Notes: generated by a model from the letters alone, not told the origin. A stretch of 55,151 nucleotides of DNA from a virus (IMGVR_UViG_3300047392_000113:1-55151); one strand, 5' to 3'. Counted from the first letter of the stretch, positions 43,091 through 52,098 are shown. Made by a program: numbers and translations.

Positions 43091-44260
43091 ATGTTAAAAC
43101 TATTTAAAAGCGTAATTAGACCAAACGAAGGTGCAGAGATGTACCACCGTGATTCTAAACATAGAGTCACTATGGGTTATGATGCCGAAGCTAAAGTTAT
43201 TAAAGTTAAGGTTGAAGAAGTTAGATCTCCAAATCCAGACCTAAGTGAAGATTTGCCAGAGAATACTCCAACTATTCTTAGAGATGTTCATACTACTGCA
43301 GATTATATTTTGGTAGCTGAGCGTGGCTTCACAGAAGCAGACTTCGAATCAAAAACAGATAATAATAAATGGATTGTTGAGTATAATTCTAAGACTAAAA
43401 CAATCAGCGATCCTATTGATGTTTATGATATTGCTATACAATATATCAATGGTAGCGATTCTCATACAAAGATTTATTACAATCTAAACGAGTATCGTTA
43501 TCAGAATGATCCAACTCTAACTCCGTGTTTCGTTTTAGATAAATTTTATAAATCTCTAGGTTTCGATGGATCTACTGTACAATTCTTTGTCGAAGACTTA
43601 CAGGTTGATTTGTTAGACAGTATTCTAGAAATCCCAGCGGAACAAGTGACTGAAGTTAGTTCTAAGGAATATGAATTCTGGGTTCAGTATAATATGAGAC
43701 TGGCGATGAGTTTTGAGATTTTAGATGTTACTGGAAAGGTAGTATCATCTCCACTACAGTCAGTTTCTGATGAAGCAAAAAGCTCTACAACATATCCAAT
43801 GACATCTTTGTTTCCTAGAGATGACACTGGTATTGCAGCAGGTTTGATTGGTCCTAAGAATCTTGGTGTTGGTGCTTCTGGAACTAGATTTAAAGTTGTT
43901 TTACCTTCTTCTGAGACATACTATGTTCGAGTTAATACTAGTTCTAGAATTTGGAGATTTGTTGGAACTAATCCTCAAGCAACGTTTGATATAGAAACCA
44001 TCAACGGAGTATGTAACAAGTCTCGTATTACGTTACCTAACTATACTCCAGGGCAAACCGCTACTCCTACATTAGCCACTCAACAATTTATTGATGAACA
44101 TCCACCTGCAGAAGTTCTTACTGGACCAAATTCTAATTTAGCTGGTTCTGAAGATGTGACATTGAAATTGTATGGTCTAAAATCTGGCGATTATATTAAG
44201 ATGAAAGTTAACTGTGGTAAGTTCATTTCTTATGCAGAACTTTGGATCGAAATTCAGTAA
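43091..44260 (+). CDS. hypothetical protein (389 aa) between the Cys-rich gene and the radical SAM gene
   Basis: GAGGA RBS, long ORF; no family recognised. Confidence 0.8.
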   Translation: MLKLFKSVIRPNEGAEMYHRDSKHRVTMGYDAEAKVIKVKVEEVRSPNPDLSEDLPENTPTILRDVHTTADYILVAERGFTEADFESKTDNNKWIVEYNSKTKTISDPIDVYDIAIQYINGSDSHTKIYYNLNEYRYQNDPTLTPCFVLDKFYKSLGFDGSTVQFFVEDLQVDLLDSILEIPAEQVTEVSSKEYEFWVQYNMRLAMSFEILDVTGKVVSSPLQSVSDEAKSSTTYPMTSLFPRDDTGIAAGLIGPKNLGVGASGTRFKVVLPSSETYYVRVNTSSRIWRFVGTNPQATFDIETINGVCNKSRITLPNYTPGQTATPTLATQQFIDEHPPAEVLTGPNSNLAGSEDVTLKLYGLKSGDYIKMKVNCGKFISYAELWIEIQ

Positions 44261-44261
44261 C

Positions 44262-44268
44262 CTAAATA
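44262..44268 (+). promoter_or_regulatory. late promoter variant for the radical SAM gene
   Basis: CTAAATA 33 nt before the ATG. Confidence 0.55.
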
Positions 44269-44300
44269 CTTTGATCTTCTCTATATTATAAGGATTTTTA

Positions 44301-45764
44301 ATGAGTAAATTTACGCTAGTCCTGCAAGGGGCTAATGATGTGAAAGTTAATATGGTTTATGACCCAATGACATCTGAGATGTATTGGGAACATAATCACG
44401 AAAGACCCTCGCTGGAACACGTCAGCAAGGGTCTTCAATACCAAATGAATGCAAAGGTGTGGGAGCCTGCAAATATTACAAACCCACACGACCCAGCACT
44501 CCACGGTAAGAAATCCCGCAAGCCAACTACACTTAAGATCACGATGGGTCTTAAGTGTAACTACGCATGTTCTTACTGTAACCAAGCCCACCAACCACAC
44601 GATCCAGTCGGCGGTCCAGATGACGCTGACGAATTAGTGCGCAAGATGCAAGAGAACTTCCAGTTCGGAATCTATGATAAATTTCGTCTTGAATTCTGGG
44701 GTGGGGAGCCAATGGTGTATTGGAAAACGTTGAAACCTCTTGCTGAAAAGGTCAAGAAGGTTTACCCAAATGCTCAGTTTATGATGGTTACCAACGGATC
44801 TCTATTAACAAGAGATAAGATTGATTGGTTCAATCGTATGGGGTTTTCTATCGGTATGTCTCACGACGGACCACTCCACGCACAGAATCGTGGACCAGAT
44901 CCATTAGATGAAGCACCAGCTAAAGATGCTGTTGTTTATGCTCTTAAGACTATGGGTGGTATGAGATTTACTTTTAACTGTGTATTGACTCGTGAGAACG
45001 TATCAATTCCATCAGTTAGAGAGTTTATTCTTAAGAAATTGAATAAATCTTTTACTGGGTATGAAAATCCAGGTGTAGATCAAAGAGAGATTCAAGTAAC
45101 TACAGAAGAGTTGATGCTTCCATATGATGATTCTGGTATGGCGCATTCTTTACAAACTACTGATGAGAAGAAAGAAATTCTTCACACATTGTTTGAAGAA
45201 ACTATCGACAATAAGAATCAGTTCAGCTGGACAGTATACCAAAAAGTTAAATCTTTCTACGAATCTATCGTATATGGTCGTCCAGCAGAAGCACTTGGCC
45301 AAAAGTGTGGTATGGATAAAGAAGACAACATTGCCATCGATATGAAAGGTAACGTTACCACTTGTCAGAATACTTCTTCCCTAACTAAACACAACATCGG
45401 TAATATCGAAGACTTCGATAATATCCGTCTAACTAATTCTTATCACTGGTCTACTCGTAAGGAATGTCCTTCTTGCCCAGTGGTTCAGTTGTGTCAGGGT
45501 GCTTGTTTGTTCCTAGAAGATAAACACTGGGAGCAGGCATGTGAAAACTTATTCTGGTATAATATGGCTATGCTCAGCGCTGCTCTGTTCAAAATGACCG
45601 ATGGACTGGTCTTGACTGAAATCCGTGGAGATCGTATTCGCTTCGATGGAGTTACAAGCATCCAAGTGATCGATAACGAATATATGAAAACTGGTGTAAA
45701 GTCTTGGAAAGTTCGTAAGCCTTTGAACATTCCAGTGGTGCAAGTTCCTGTGGAACCTAAATAA
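44301..45764 (+). CDS. radical SAM enzyme with SPASM domain
   Basis: CNYACSYC (CxxxCxxC, 44556-44579), FWGGEP, VTNGSLL, SHDG; C-terminal KCG...TCQ...CPSC...LCQGAC...ACEN (7 Cys). Confidence 0.95.
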   Translation: MSKFTLVLQGANDVKVNMVYDPMTSEMYWEHNHERPSLEHVSKGLQYQMNAKVWEPANITNPHDPALHGKKSRKPTTLKITMGLKCNYACSYCNQAHQPHDPVGGPDDADELVRKMQENFQFGIYDKFRLEFWGGEPMVYWKTLKPLAEKVKKVYPNAQFMMVTNGSLLTRDKIDWFNRMGFSIGMSHDGPLHAQNRGPDPLDEAPAKDAVVYALKTMGGMRFTFNCVLTRENVSIPSVREFILKKLNKSFTGYENPGVDQREIQVTTEELMLPYDDSGMAHSLQTTDEKKEILHTLFEETIDNKNQFSWTVYQKVKSFYESIVYGRPAEALGQKCGMDKEDNIAIDMKGNVTTCQNTSSLTKHNIGNIEDFDNIRLTNSYHWSTRKECPSCPVVQLCQGACLFLEDKHWEQACENLFWYNMAMLSAALFKMTDGLVLTEIRGDRIRFDGVTSIQVIDNEYMKTGVKSWKVRKPLNIPVVQVPVEPK

Positions 45765-45765
45765 A

Positions 45766-46098
45766 ATGAATGAAGCGTTTCTGGATTGTTATATCTGGGA
45801 TGTTAATAGATACCCGAGGTATGGGTCTATTACGGCGAAGCTGAATAAGAGAACTTTATCTGATGTTTTTCATCACAATTCTCTATCAGATTCCTTCCAA
45901 AATAATAACGTAAGTATACAAATTCCAGACTTTTTGTTGAATGCAACGCAGGAACAAAAAGAATTTGTTTATAAATATAAAGAGAGAATCATAAGATTAA
46001 AGCTCCCTATTATGGTCGTAGAAAAGACTGTTAATGGCGAAGAACGCTGGGGTTTAGATCTTAGATGTGCAGAACATCTTAAGTATTTAAGAAATTAA
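45766..46098 (+). CDS. hypothetical protein
   Basis: 110-aa ORF directly after the rSAM gene; CTAAATA at 45757-45763. Confidence 0.6.
   Translation: MNEAFLDCYIWDVNRYPRYGSITAKLNKRTLSDVFHHNSLSDSFQNNNVSIQIPDFLLNATQEQKEFVYKYKERIIRLKLPIMVVEKTVNGEERWGLDLRCAEHLKYLRN
45970..45977 (+). promoter_or_regulatory. T4-type late promoter for the DctP-like gene
   Basis: Perfect TATAAATA inside the upstream ORF. Confidence 0.6.
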
Positions 46099-46110
46099 GG
46101 AGAAATAAAA

Positions 46111-47058
46111 ATGCAAAAAAAGCATGTTAAATGGGTTATCGCTCACGAGCCAATCGGTCTATTCTTGAAGGTAGCTGAATCCTTCTCTAAAGAAGTGAAC
46201 GAGCAAACTGGTGGTATGTTCGACATCGAAGTTCTATCTTTGTCTGACTACTCTGCAAAGTACAATGATGGTAAGAAAATCACTAAGAATGAACTAATGG
46301 AATTGGTTGATTCTGGTGCTATCGAAATGAGCCACATCTATACTACTTGGTTGGCTGATTACAACAAAGACCTACATGCGTTAGATCTACCATTCTTGTT
46401 CGAGAATCATGATCACGCTGACCGTGTTTTAGAAGGCGAAATCGGCACTGAGTTGCTAGCTGGCGTTTCTAAGAATAGCAATATCAAAGCTATGTCTTTC
46501 ACATACTCTGGTGGCTACCGTGTAGTTCCAGCAAACTTCCGTGCTGACACTGTTGCATCTTGGGAAGGTCAAACAGTTCGTACTTCTCGCAGCCCAGTTG
46601 CTGTTGAGACTTTCAAACTTCTTGGCGCAGTTCCAAACAAGGACATCGCTCTTGAAGAAATGAATGAAGCAGCTGACGCTGGTGTTATCGCTGCTGGTGA
46701 ATCTACATACGTTCGTATTTTCCCACTAAATCAGAACGAATCTTTCAAAGTTGTTAACGATACTGCTCACAGCTTGTTCTTGACATCTATCATTGTTAAC
46801 CAAGACTTCATGAAGCAGTTTGACGAACAAACTCAAGAAATCATGGCTACTGCTGCATTTAACGCTGCTCGTAAAGAGCGTCGTGAATCTGTTGCTAACA
46901 TCCCAGAAATCTTGGCTGAGTGTGAAGCAAAGGGTGTTGAAGTTGTTAAGATGTCTGCTGAAGAACAAAGCAAATTCAAAGCTGTTACTTCTAAAGTATA
47001 TGAGAAGTTCGCTGATTACTTCACTCCAGGTTTGGTTCAGAAGATTCAGTTACACTAA
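46111..47058 (+). CDS. TRAP transporter DctP-like solute-binding protein lacking a signal peptide
   Basis: ELVDSGAIEM, ALDLPFLFEN..HADRV, GQTVRT (conserved Arg), IIVNQDF; strong AAGGAG RBS. Confidence 0.88.
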   Translation: MQKKHVKWVIAHEPIGLFLKVAESFSKEVNEQTGGMFDIEVLSLSDYSAKYNDGKKITKNELMELVDSGAIEMSHIYTTWLADYNKDLHALDLPFLFENHDHADRVLEGEIGTELLAGVSKNSNIKAMSFTYSGGYRVVPANFRADTVASWEGQTVRTSRSPVAVETFKLLGAVPNKDIALEEMNEAADAGVIAAGESTYVRIFPLNQNESFKVVNDTAHSLFLTSIIVNQDFMKQFDEQTQEIMATAAFNAARKERRESVANIPEILAECEAKGVEVVKMSAEEQSKFKAVTSKVYEKFADYFTPGLVQKIQLH

Positions 47059-47071
47059 TTAAAATTTAGTG

Positions 47072-47109
47072 CTAAATAAAAGGGAGCTCAGGCTCCCTTT
47101 TCATTTTTG
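47072..47109 (+). terminator. intrinsic terminator overlapped by a late promoter variant
   Basis: CTAAATA (47072-47078), then AAGGGAGC-TCAG-GCTCCCTT and T-rich sequence. Confidence 0.7.
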
Positions 47110-47117
47110 AGGATATT

Positions 47118-48221
47118 ATGAAACAACTGCTCTATTACAATATTGGTTTAATTAGATCACTAGACTTGATCAATAGTAAGCAAGAACCTATCGATGAGTA
47201 TCTTGCACCAAATCACAAAGAACTGTATGCGTTCTTTGAGAAACATAAAATGAACCTGAACGCTGTTTATGATAGAACAGGACAGACTCCCCATTTCTTA
47301 AACATCAAACCTGGTCTTTTACAGATTCCTAGTATTGATCCATCTTTCAATAAGTCTTTCAGACAGTGCGTCGAAGAAAGATGTAAAGAATTGGTTGCAC
47401 TAGATAAACCAATTACAGTTGTTTGGAGTGGTGGTATCGATAGTACGTTGGCGCTATTCGCCTTACTTCGCCATGTTAATGATCCAAGCCAGATTACTGT
47501 TTATGGCACATATAGTTCTATCTTAGAATCTGGTCCAATGTTCGATAAGAATATTAAAAACTCTGGCGTCAACTATAAGTTCAAAGTTTCTTCCACACGA
47601 GATTTTGACGATGGAGACCCAAACAGTATCTTCGTTACTGGATTTTATGGTAATCAGTTGTTTGGACCAGTAGACGATTTCATCACTGGTAAAATTAAGA
47701 CTCCAATTTCATTTTTCCACCACCAGTTTAATAACGATGATCCATTAATCGACTACACTAAGTGTATCGATGATGAACTTCACGAATTCTTACTACCTTC
47801 TATCAAGGCTAGCCCTAAGAAAATTGAGACTCTACGAGATCTCCGTTGGTGGTTAATTTTTAACTACGACTGGTATACTGCAGAATACTCTAGCCGTATC
47901 GCAACTAAACAGCAAGATAACCAGTATCACTTTTATAACACAGACGACTTCCAGCGTTATGTTATGACGACTAAAGAGCCGTTCACCAAAGACGTCGGTA
48001 AACCTCTAACTCATCGTTGGGTCATGAGAGAGTTGATTGAAGAGTATAGTGGAGACAGTTATTATGCTTGGAATAAACCAAAAGGGGTTTCCTCTCTTGG
48101 AAACCCCCTTGCTTCTTGGTTGTTTTTGCTAGATGACTATTCAGTCTACTATGCAAATAGAAACACTTTAAGTGATCATCAAGAAGTTTACTCTCACGTT
48201 GATGAGCACATGGGTTTCTGA
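47118..48221 (+). CDS. PP-loop (adenine nucleotide alpha hydrolase) protein, asparagine-synthetase C-domain-like
   Basis: VVWSGGIDST PP-loop and VTGFYGNQLFG; no glutaminase domain and no QueC Zn cysteines. Confidence 0.7.
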   Translation: MKQLLYYNIGLIRSLDLINSKQEPIDEYLAPNHKELYAFFEKHKMNLNAVYDRTGQTPHFLNIKPGLLQIPSIDPSFNKSFRQCVEERCKELVALDKPITVVWSGGIDSTLALFALLRHVNDPSQITVYGTYSSILESGPMFDKNIKNSGVNYKFKVSSTRDFDDGDPNSIFVTGFYGNQLFGPVDDFITGKIKTPISFFHHQFNNDDPLIDYTKCIDDELHEFLLPSIKASPKKIETLRDLRWWLIFNYDWYTAEYSSRIATKQQDNQYHFYNTDDFQRYVMTTKEPFTKDVGKPLTHRWVMRELIEEYSGDSYYAWNKPKGVSSLGNPLASWLFLLDDYSVYYANRNTLSDHQEVYSHVDEHMGF

Positions 48222-48827
48222 TTCTAGGTTAGTTTCAACATAACGCTGAGCATAACCTGGAGTTACATAGATTTCTCCAATGCGACTCTTAATACCAAAA
48301 CTTGTGCTAACTAGGTTTTGCGCAGCCATTTTACGAATAGCTTGAACACCACCACGTGGGTCTGGGAAATATGTCGTAGGAGAATTTTCACCACAGTTAG
48401 CGATGAAAGTAAACACTAGAGTAGAAAACTCATAGTTGTGTGGTGGGATGTGTTCGCCACCTTGTTGGAATAGAGTATTAGAACCAACAATAACTGGTGT
48501 TCTACCAGCGTCATCTTTTGAAAGCTGGATAGATTCACAGATCTCGTAAATCACTTCTTTTAAGCGATTAACTGCTGGGTGATCTAATTCCATAATATCT
48601 TTACCAGAATCTTCTTCGGCAACGTTCCATCCGTTGGAAAGATTGATAAGAGGTTGTGCTACCTGTTCCCAGTCAGTGAATTTGTAACTCGCAAAAAGAG
48701 TTGGAAATAGGTGTTGTTGGAAGGTTTCTTCAACTGGCGAATAGTCGAAATTGTATTCTTCTGTTTTAGTTTCGCCGATTAAAGGGGCAGGGATGTTCCC
48801 GTTTTGTGGTGGATTGGTATTTTCCAT
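48168..48827 (-). CDS. 2OG-Fe(II) oxygenase-fold protein (TIGR02466-like), degenerate active site
   Basis: HIPPHNY, TYFPDPRG, GEIYVTPGY..RYVETN; start moved to ATG 48827 after GGAG. Confidence 0.7.
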   Translation of the reverse strand: MENTNPPQNGNIPAPLIGETKTEEYNFDYSPVEETFQQHLFPTLFASYKFTDWEQVAQPLINLSNGWNVAEEDSGKDIMELDHPAVNRLKEVIYEICESIQLSKDDAGRTPVIVGSNTLFQQGGEHIPPHNYEFSTLVFTFIANCGENSPTTYFPDPRGGVQAIRKMAAQNLVSTSFGIKSRIGEIYVTPGYAQRYVETNLESETHVLINVRVNFLMIT

Positions 48828-48873
48828 ATTATCTCCATGAAATTGATTTATATATCGCTTCGCAGCTAAGAAG

Positions 48874-48925
48874 TATTTATACGCCATCTATTTCAGGAAA
48901 TCGCAAATCCCTTCGTTTATAAATA
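48874..48925. promoter_or_regulatory. back-to-back T4-type late promoters
   Basis: TATAAATA on - (48874-48881) and on + (48918-48925). Confidence 0.8.
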
Positions 48926-48956
48926 AGAAGTATAAAAATAGTTTTCGGGGAATTGG

Positions 48957-49292
48957 ATGGCAACTGTTAGTAACCTTTTTGTTGACGCTGGGGCTAGTTA
49001 TAGCAACATCATTTCAGTTGCAGCGACCAACGGACAGCCTTTAAATTTGACAGGATATAGCGTGGCTTCTCAGATGAGAAAGTCATACCAGTCAAGTACA
49101 GCCTATAACTTTACTGCATCTATCTACGATGCAAATAACGGTAAAGTGCGCCTACAACTCACCCCACAACAATCTGAAGTCATCCCTGCAGGAAGATGGC
49201 TTTATGATGTCGAAATCACATCACCTTCTGGCTCTAAAACTAGAGTCGTTGAGGGTGTAGTAACAGTAAATCCTCAGATTACCCAAATTTAA
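48957..49292 (+). CDS. tail-associated Ig-like protein
   Basis: PLNLTGY...QMRKSY...GRWLYDVEI...RVVEGVVTVNP. Confidence 0.7.
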   Translation: MATVSNLFVDAGASYSNIISVAATNGQPLNLTGYSVASQMRKSYQSSTAYNFTASIYDANNGKVRLQLTPQQSEVIPAGRWLYDVEITSPSGSKTRVVEGVVTVNPQITQI

Positions 49293-49293
49293 A

Positions 49294-49545
49294 ATGTCTG
49301 ATACAATTGCTATTGTACAAACCGATGAAGCTCTTCAGGTCGCAGTCGCCGAAGGTGTTCTTACACTTGCATCATCAACCGTGTCCAATCCTGCAGTGGT
49401 AGAATCTCTTGACAGCGTCGCAGACGTAGATACAGCTACTAATGGTAAGGTCGATGGGTCGATTTTAGTTTATAGAACAATAACAAATAGATGGACTTCC
49501 ACAACTACGCTCGATGCGCAGAACATGGAAGGTGGCGAATTTTAA
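49294..49545 (+). CDS. small tail-fibre-associated protein
   Basis: DSVADVD...DGSILVY...MEGGEF pattern. Confidence 0.65.
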   Translation: MSDTIAIVQTDEALQVAVAEGVLTLASSTVSNPAVVESLDSVADVDTATNGKVDGSILVYRTITNRWTSTTTLDAQNMEGGEF

Positions 49546-49557
49546 CGGAGAACATAG

Positions 49558-52056
49558 ATGGCTTCTATTATTAGAATTAAACGTTCTAGCACATCTGGCA
49601 ACCCAAGTACGCTTGGCGCTGGTGAGTTAGCTTATTCAGCATTAGCAGATAACGGCGCTAACGGTGGTGATCGCTTATACATTGGTATGGGCACAGAAAC
49701 TGCAGGTAATGCGGTTAACCACGTTATCATCGGTGGTAAATACTACACTGGTCTAGTCGACGCAGGTGGTGCAGGTGGTACACTTAACACTACTGCTAAG
49801 TCTGTCCCAGTCCTTTCTGCTACAGGTACAATCGATAAATGGTTGGTTGGTAACCTACAACTTACAAGTAGCACCCTTTCTTCTACCAATACCAACGGTG
49901 ATATTAACATCACTCCAAACGGTACTGGTAAGTTAATCCTTAGCAATACATACATCGGTGATAGTGCTACTTCTCTTGCAGAGTATATCTACGATACAGT
50001 TGGTGGTGCAGTAACTGGCACTTCAGGGCAAATTGTTGTTACCAACTCTGATGCTGGTAATACATCTACAATTTCTTTAGCGACTACTGCAGTTACTGCA
50101 GGTTCTTATGGTTCTGCGACTTCTATTCCAACATTCACTGTTGATTCTTATGGTCGTTTAACTGCTGCTGGTTCTGCTTCTCTTGCTACTACTTTAAACA
50201 TTGCTGGTGATACTGGAACTTCAGCGTTTGCTCTGTTGACAGACACCATGACTTTTGTTGGTGGCACTGGTATTGATTCCATTGTCAATAAAGTTGGTGC
50301 AGCAACCAGTGTAACATTTAACATTGATTCAACTGTTGCCACTTTAGCTGGCACACAGACATTAACTAACAAGACTATTAACTTAGGAAGCAACACTCTA
50401 GTTGCTACTTCTGCTCAGTTGGCTGCAGCTGTAACAGATGAAACAGGTTCTGGTTCTCTAGTTTTCGCTACTAGTCCAACTCTTGTAACTCCTATCCTTG
50501 GTGTTGCTTCTGCAACATCTATCAACAAGGTTGCGATTACTGCTCCAGCTACTGGTTCTACATTAACCATCGCTGACGGTAAGACTCTAACTGCAAGCAA
50601 CACTTTAACATTCACTGGTACTGATACTTCTTCAGTAGCATTTGGTGCTGGTGGTACTGTTGCTTATGTAGCAAATAAATTAAACGCATTTGCAACCACT
50701 ACTTCTGCTGAATTATTAAGCATTATTTCTGACGAGACTGGTTCTGGTTCTCTAGTATTTGCTACTAGCCCAACATTGGTAACACCAACTCTTGGCGCAG
50801 CACTTGCTACTAGCATTACTGCCACTTCTGGTAGTCTAGCTCTTAATGCTGCAGCTGGTAATAACAGTGTTAACTTAGTGCCAACTGGTACTGGTACTGT
50901 TGACGTTGCCAACAAACGTATTACTTCTGTTGCTGAACCTACTCAGTCTACTGATGCTGCAACTAAGAACTATGTTGATGCAGTTAAGACTGGTTTGGAT
51001 CCTAAAGATTCAGTTCGCATCGCTACTACTGGTGCACTAACTGTCACGTATAACAACGGTACTTCTGGTGTTGGTGCTACTTTAACTAATGCTGGCACTC
51101 AAGCTGCATTCACTGTTGACTCTATCGTTGGTGTTGTTGGCGATCGTGTTCTTGTTAAAGATCAAGCGTCTGCTCTACAAAACGGTATCTATACTATCAC
51201 CACTGTTGGTACTGCTTCTACAAACTGGGTATTGACACGTTCTATTGATGCTGACCAAAACCCAGAAGTAACTCCTGGAGCATTCACTTTCGTTGAAGAA
51301 GGTACAGTTAACGGTAGCAACGGTTTCGTCTGCACATCAACTGGCACTATCACAATTGGTACTAGCAACATTAACTGGGTTCAGTTCTCTGGTGCTGGAC
51401 AGATTATCGCTGGTGATGGTTTAACTAAGACTGGCAATACATTAAATGCAGTTGGTACTGCAAACCGCATTTCTATCTCTGCGGATGCTATTGATATTGC
51501 TGCCACTTATGTTGGTCAGACTTCTATCACAACTCTTGGTACTATTGGTACTGGTACTTGGCAAGGCACGGTTATTGCTGGCCAATATGGTGGTACTGGT
51601 GTAAACAACGCTGGTAAGACTATTACTCTTGGTGGTAACCTTGTCACTTCTGGTGCGTTCTCTACTACTTTAACTGCAACTGCCAATACAACACTAACAC
51701 TACCTGTAACTGGTACTCTTGCTACTTTAGCTGGTGCAGAAACATTAACAAACAAGACGTTAACTGCTCCAGTTATCGCTACTATTGTTAATACTGGTAC
51801 TTTAACTCTACCAACTTCTACTGACACATTGGTTGGTCGTGCCACTACTGATACATTGACAAACAAGACATTGTCTGGTGCTGTTATCTCTGGCGGTTCT
51901 ATTAACAATACCCCAATCGGTGCAACTACTGCTTCGACTGGTGCATTTACAACACTAAGCGCAAGCGGTACTATTACTGCTTCTGGTAACATTACTGGTG
52001 CAGGCGCTGCAACTTCTACTCTTGATGGATTCAACATCGATGGCGGAACGTACTAA
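49558..52056 (+). CDS. tail fibre protein
   Basis: IIRIKRSS..GELAYS N-terminus; Thr/Gly/Ala-rich repeats (TDETGSGSLVFATSPTLVTP twice); IDGGTY C-terminus. Confidence 0.8.
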   Translation: MASIIRIKRSSTSGNPSTLGAGELAYSALADNGANGGDRLYIGMGTETAGNAVNHVIIGGKYYTGLVDAGGAGGTLNTTAKSVPVLSATGTIDKWLVGNLQLTSSTLSSTNTNGDINITPNGTGKLILSNTYIGDSATSLAEYIYDTVGGAVTGTSGQIVVTNSDAGNTSTISLATTAVTAGSYGSATSIPTFTVDSYGRLTAAGSASLATTLNIAGDTGTSAFALLTDTMTFVGGTGIDSIVNKVGAATSVTFNIDSTVATLAGTQTLTNKTINLGSNTLVATSAQLAAAVTDETGSGSLVFATSPTLVTPILGVASATSINKVAITAPATGSTLTIADGKTLTASNTLTFTGTDTSSVAFGAGGTVAYVANKLNAFATTTSAELLSIISDETGSGSLVFATSPTLVTPTLGAALATSITATSGSLALNAAAGNNSVNLVPTGTGTVDVANKRITSVAEPTQSTDAATKNYVDAVKTGLDPKDSVRIATTGALTVTYNNGTSGVGATLTNAGTQAAFTVDSIVGVVGDRVLVKDQASALQNGIYTITTVGTASTNWVLTRSIDADQNPEVTPGAFTFVEEGTVNGSNGFVCTSTGTITIGTSNINWVQFSGAGQIIAGDGLTKTGNTLNAVGTANRISISADAIDIAATYVGQTSITTLGTIGTGTWQGTVIAGQYGGTGVNNAGKTITLGGNLVTSGAFSTTLTATANTTLTLPVTGTLATLAGAETLTNKTLTAPVIATIVNTGTLTLPTSTDTLVGRATTDTLTNKTLSGAVISGGSINNTPIGATTASTGAFTTLSASGTITASGNITGAGAATSTLDGFNIDGGTY

Positions 52057-52098
52057 ATAGATTACGATTAGTAATAACTGGGAGTTTTTACTCCCAGT
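52053..52098 (+). promoter_or_regulatory. late promoter variant followed by a perfect hairpin
   Basis: CTAAATA (52053-52059); ACTGGGAG-TTTTTA-CTCCCAGT (52077-52098). Confidence 0.55.

Noticed and set aside
42760-43170. Alternative ORFs 42830-43081 (+) and 42760-43170 (-) with TVTALAT or AVTVAV repeats
   Set aside because: Frame shadows of the AACTGY repeat; only the Cys-rich frame has an RBS and tight coupling to both neighbours.
47118-48221. QueC / 7-deazaguanine DNA-modification gene
   Set aside because: The PP-loop is internal, the QueC Zn-binding cysteines are missing, and no folE, queD, queE or dpdA is in the window.
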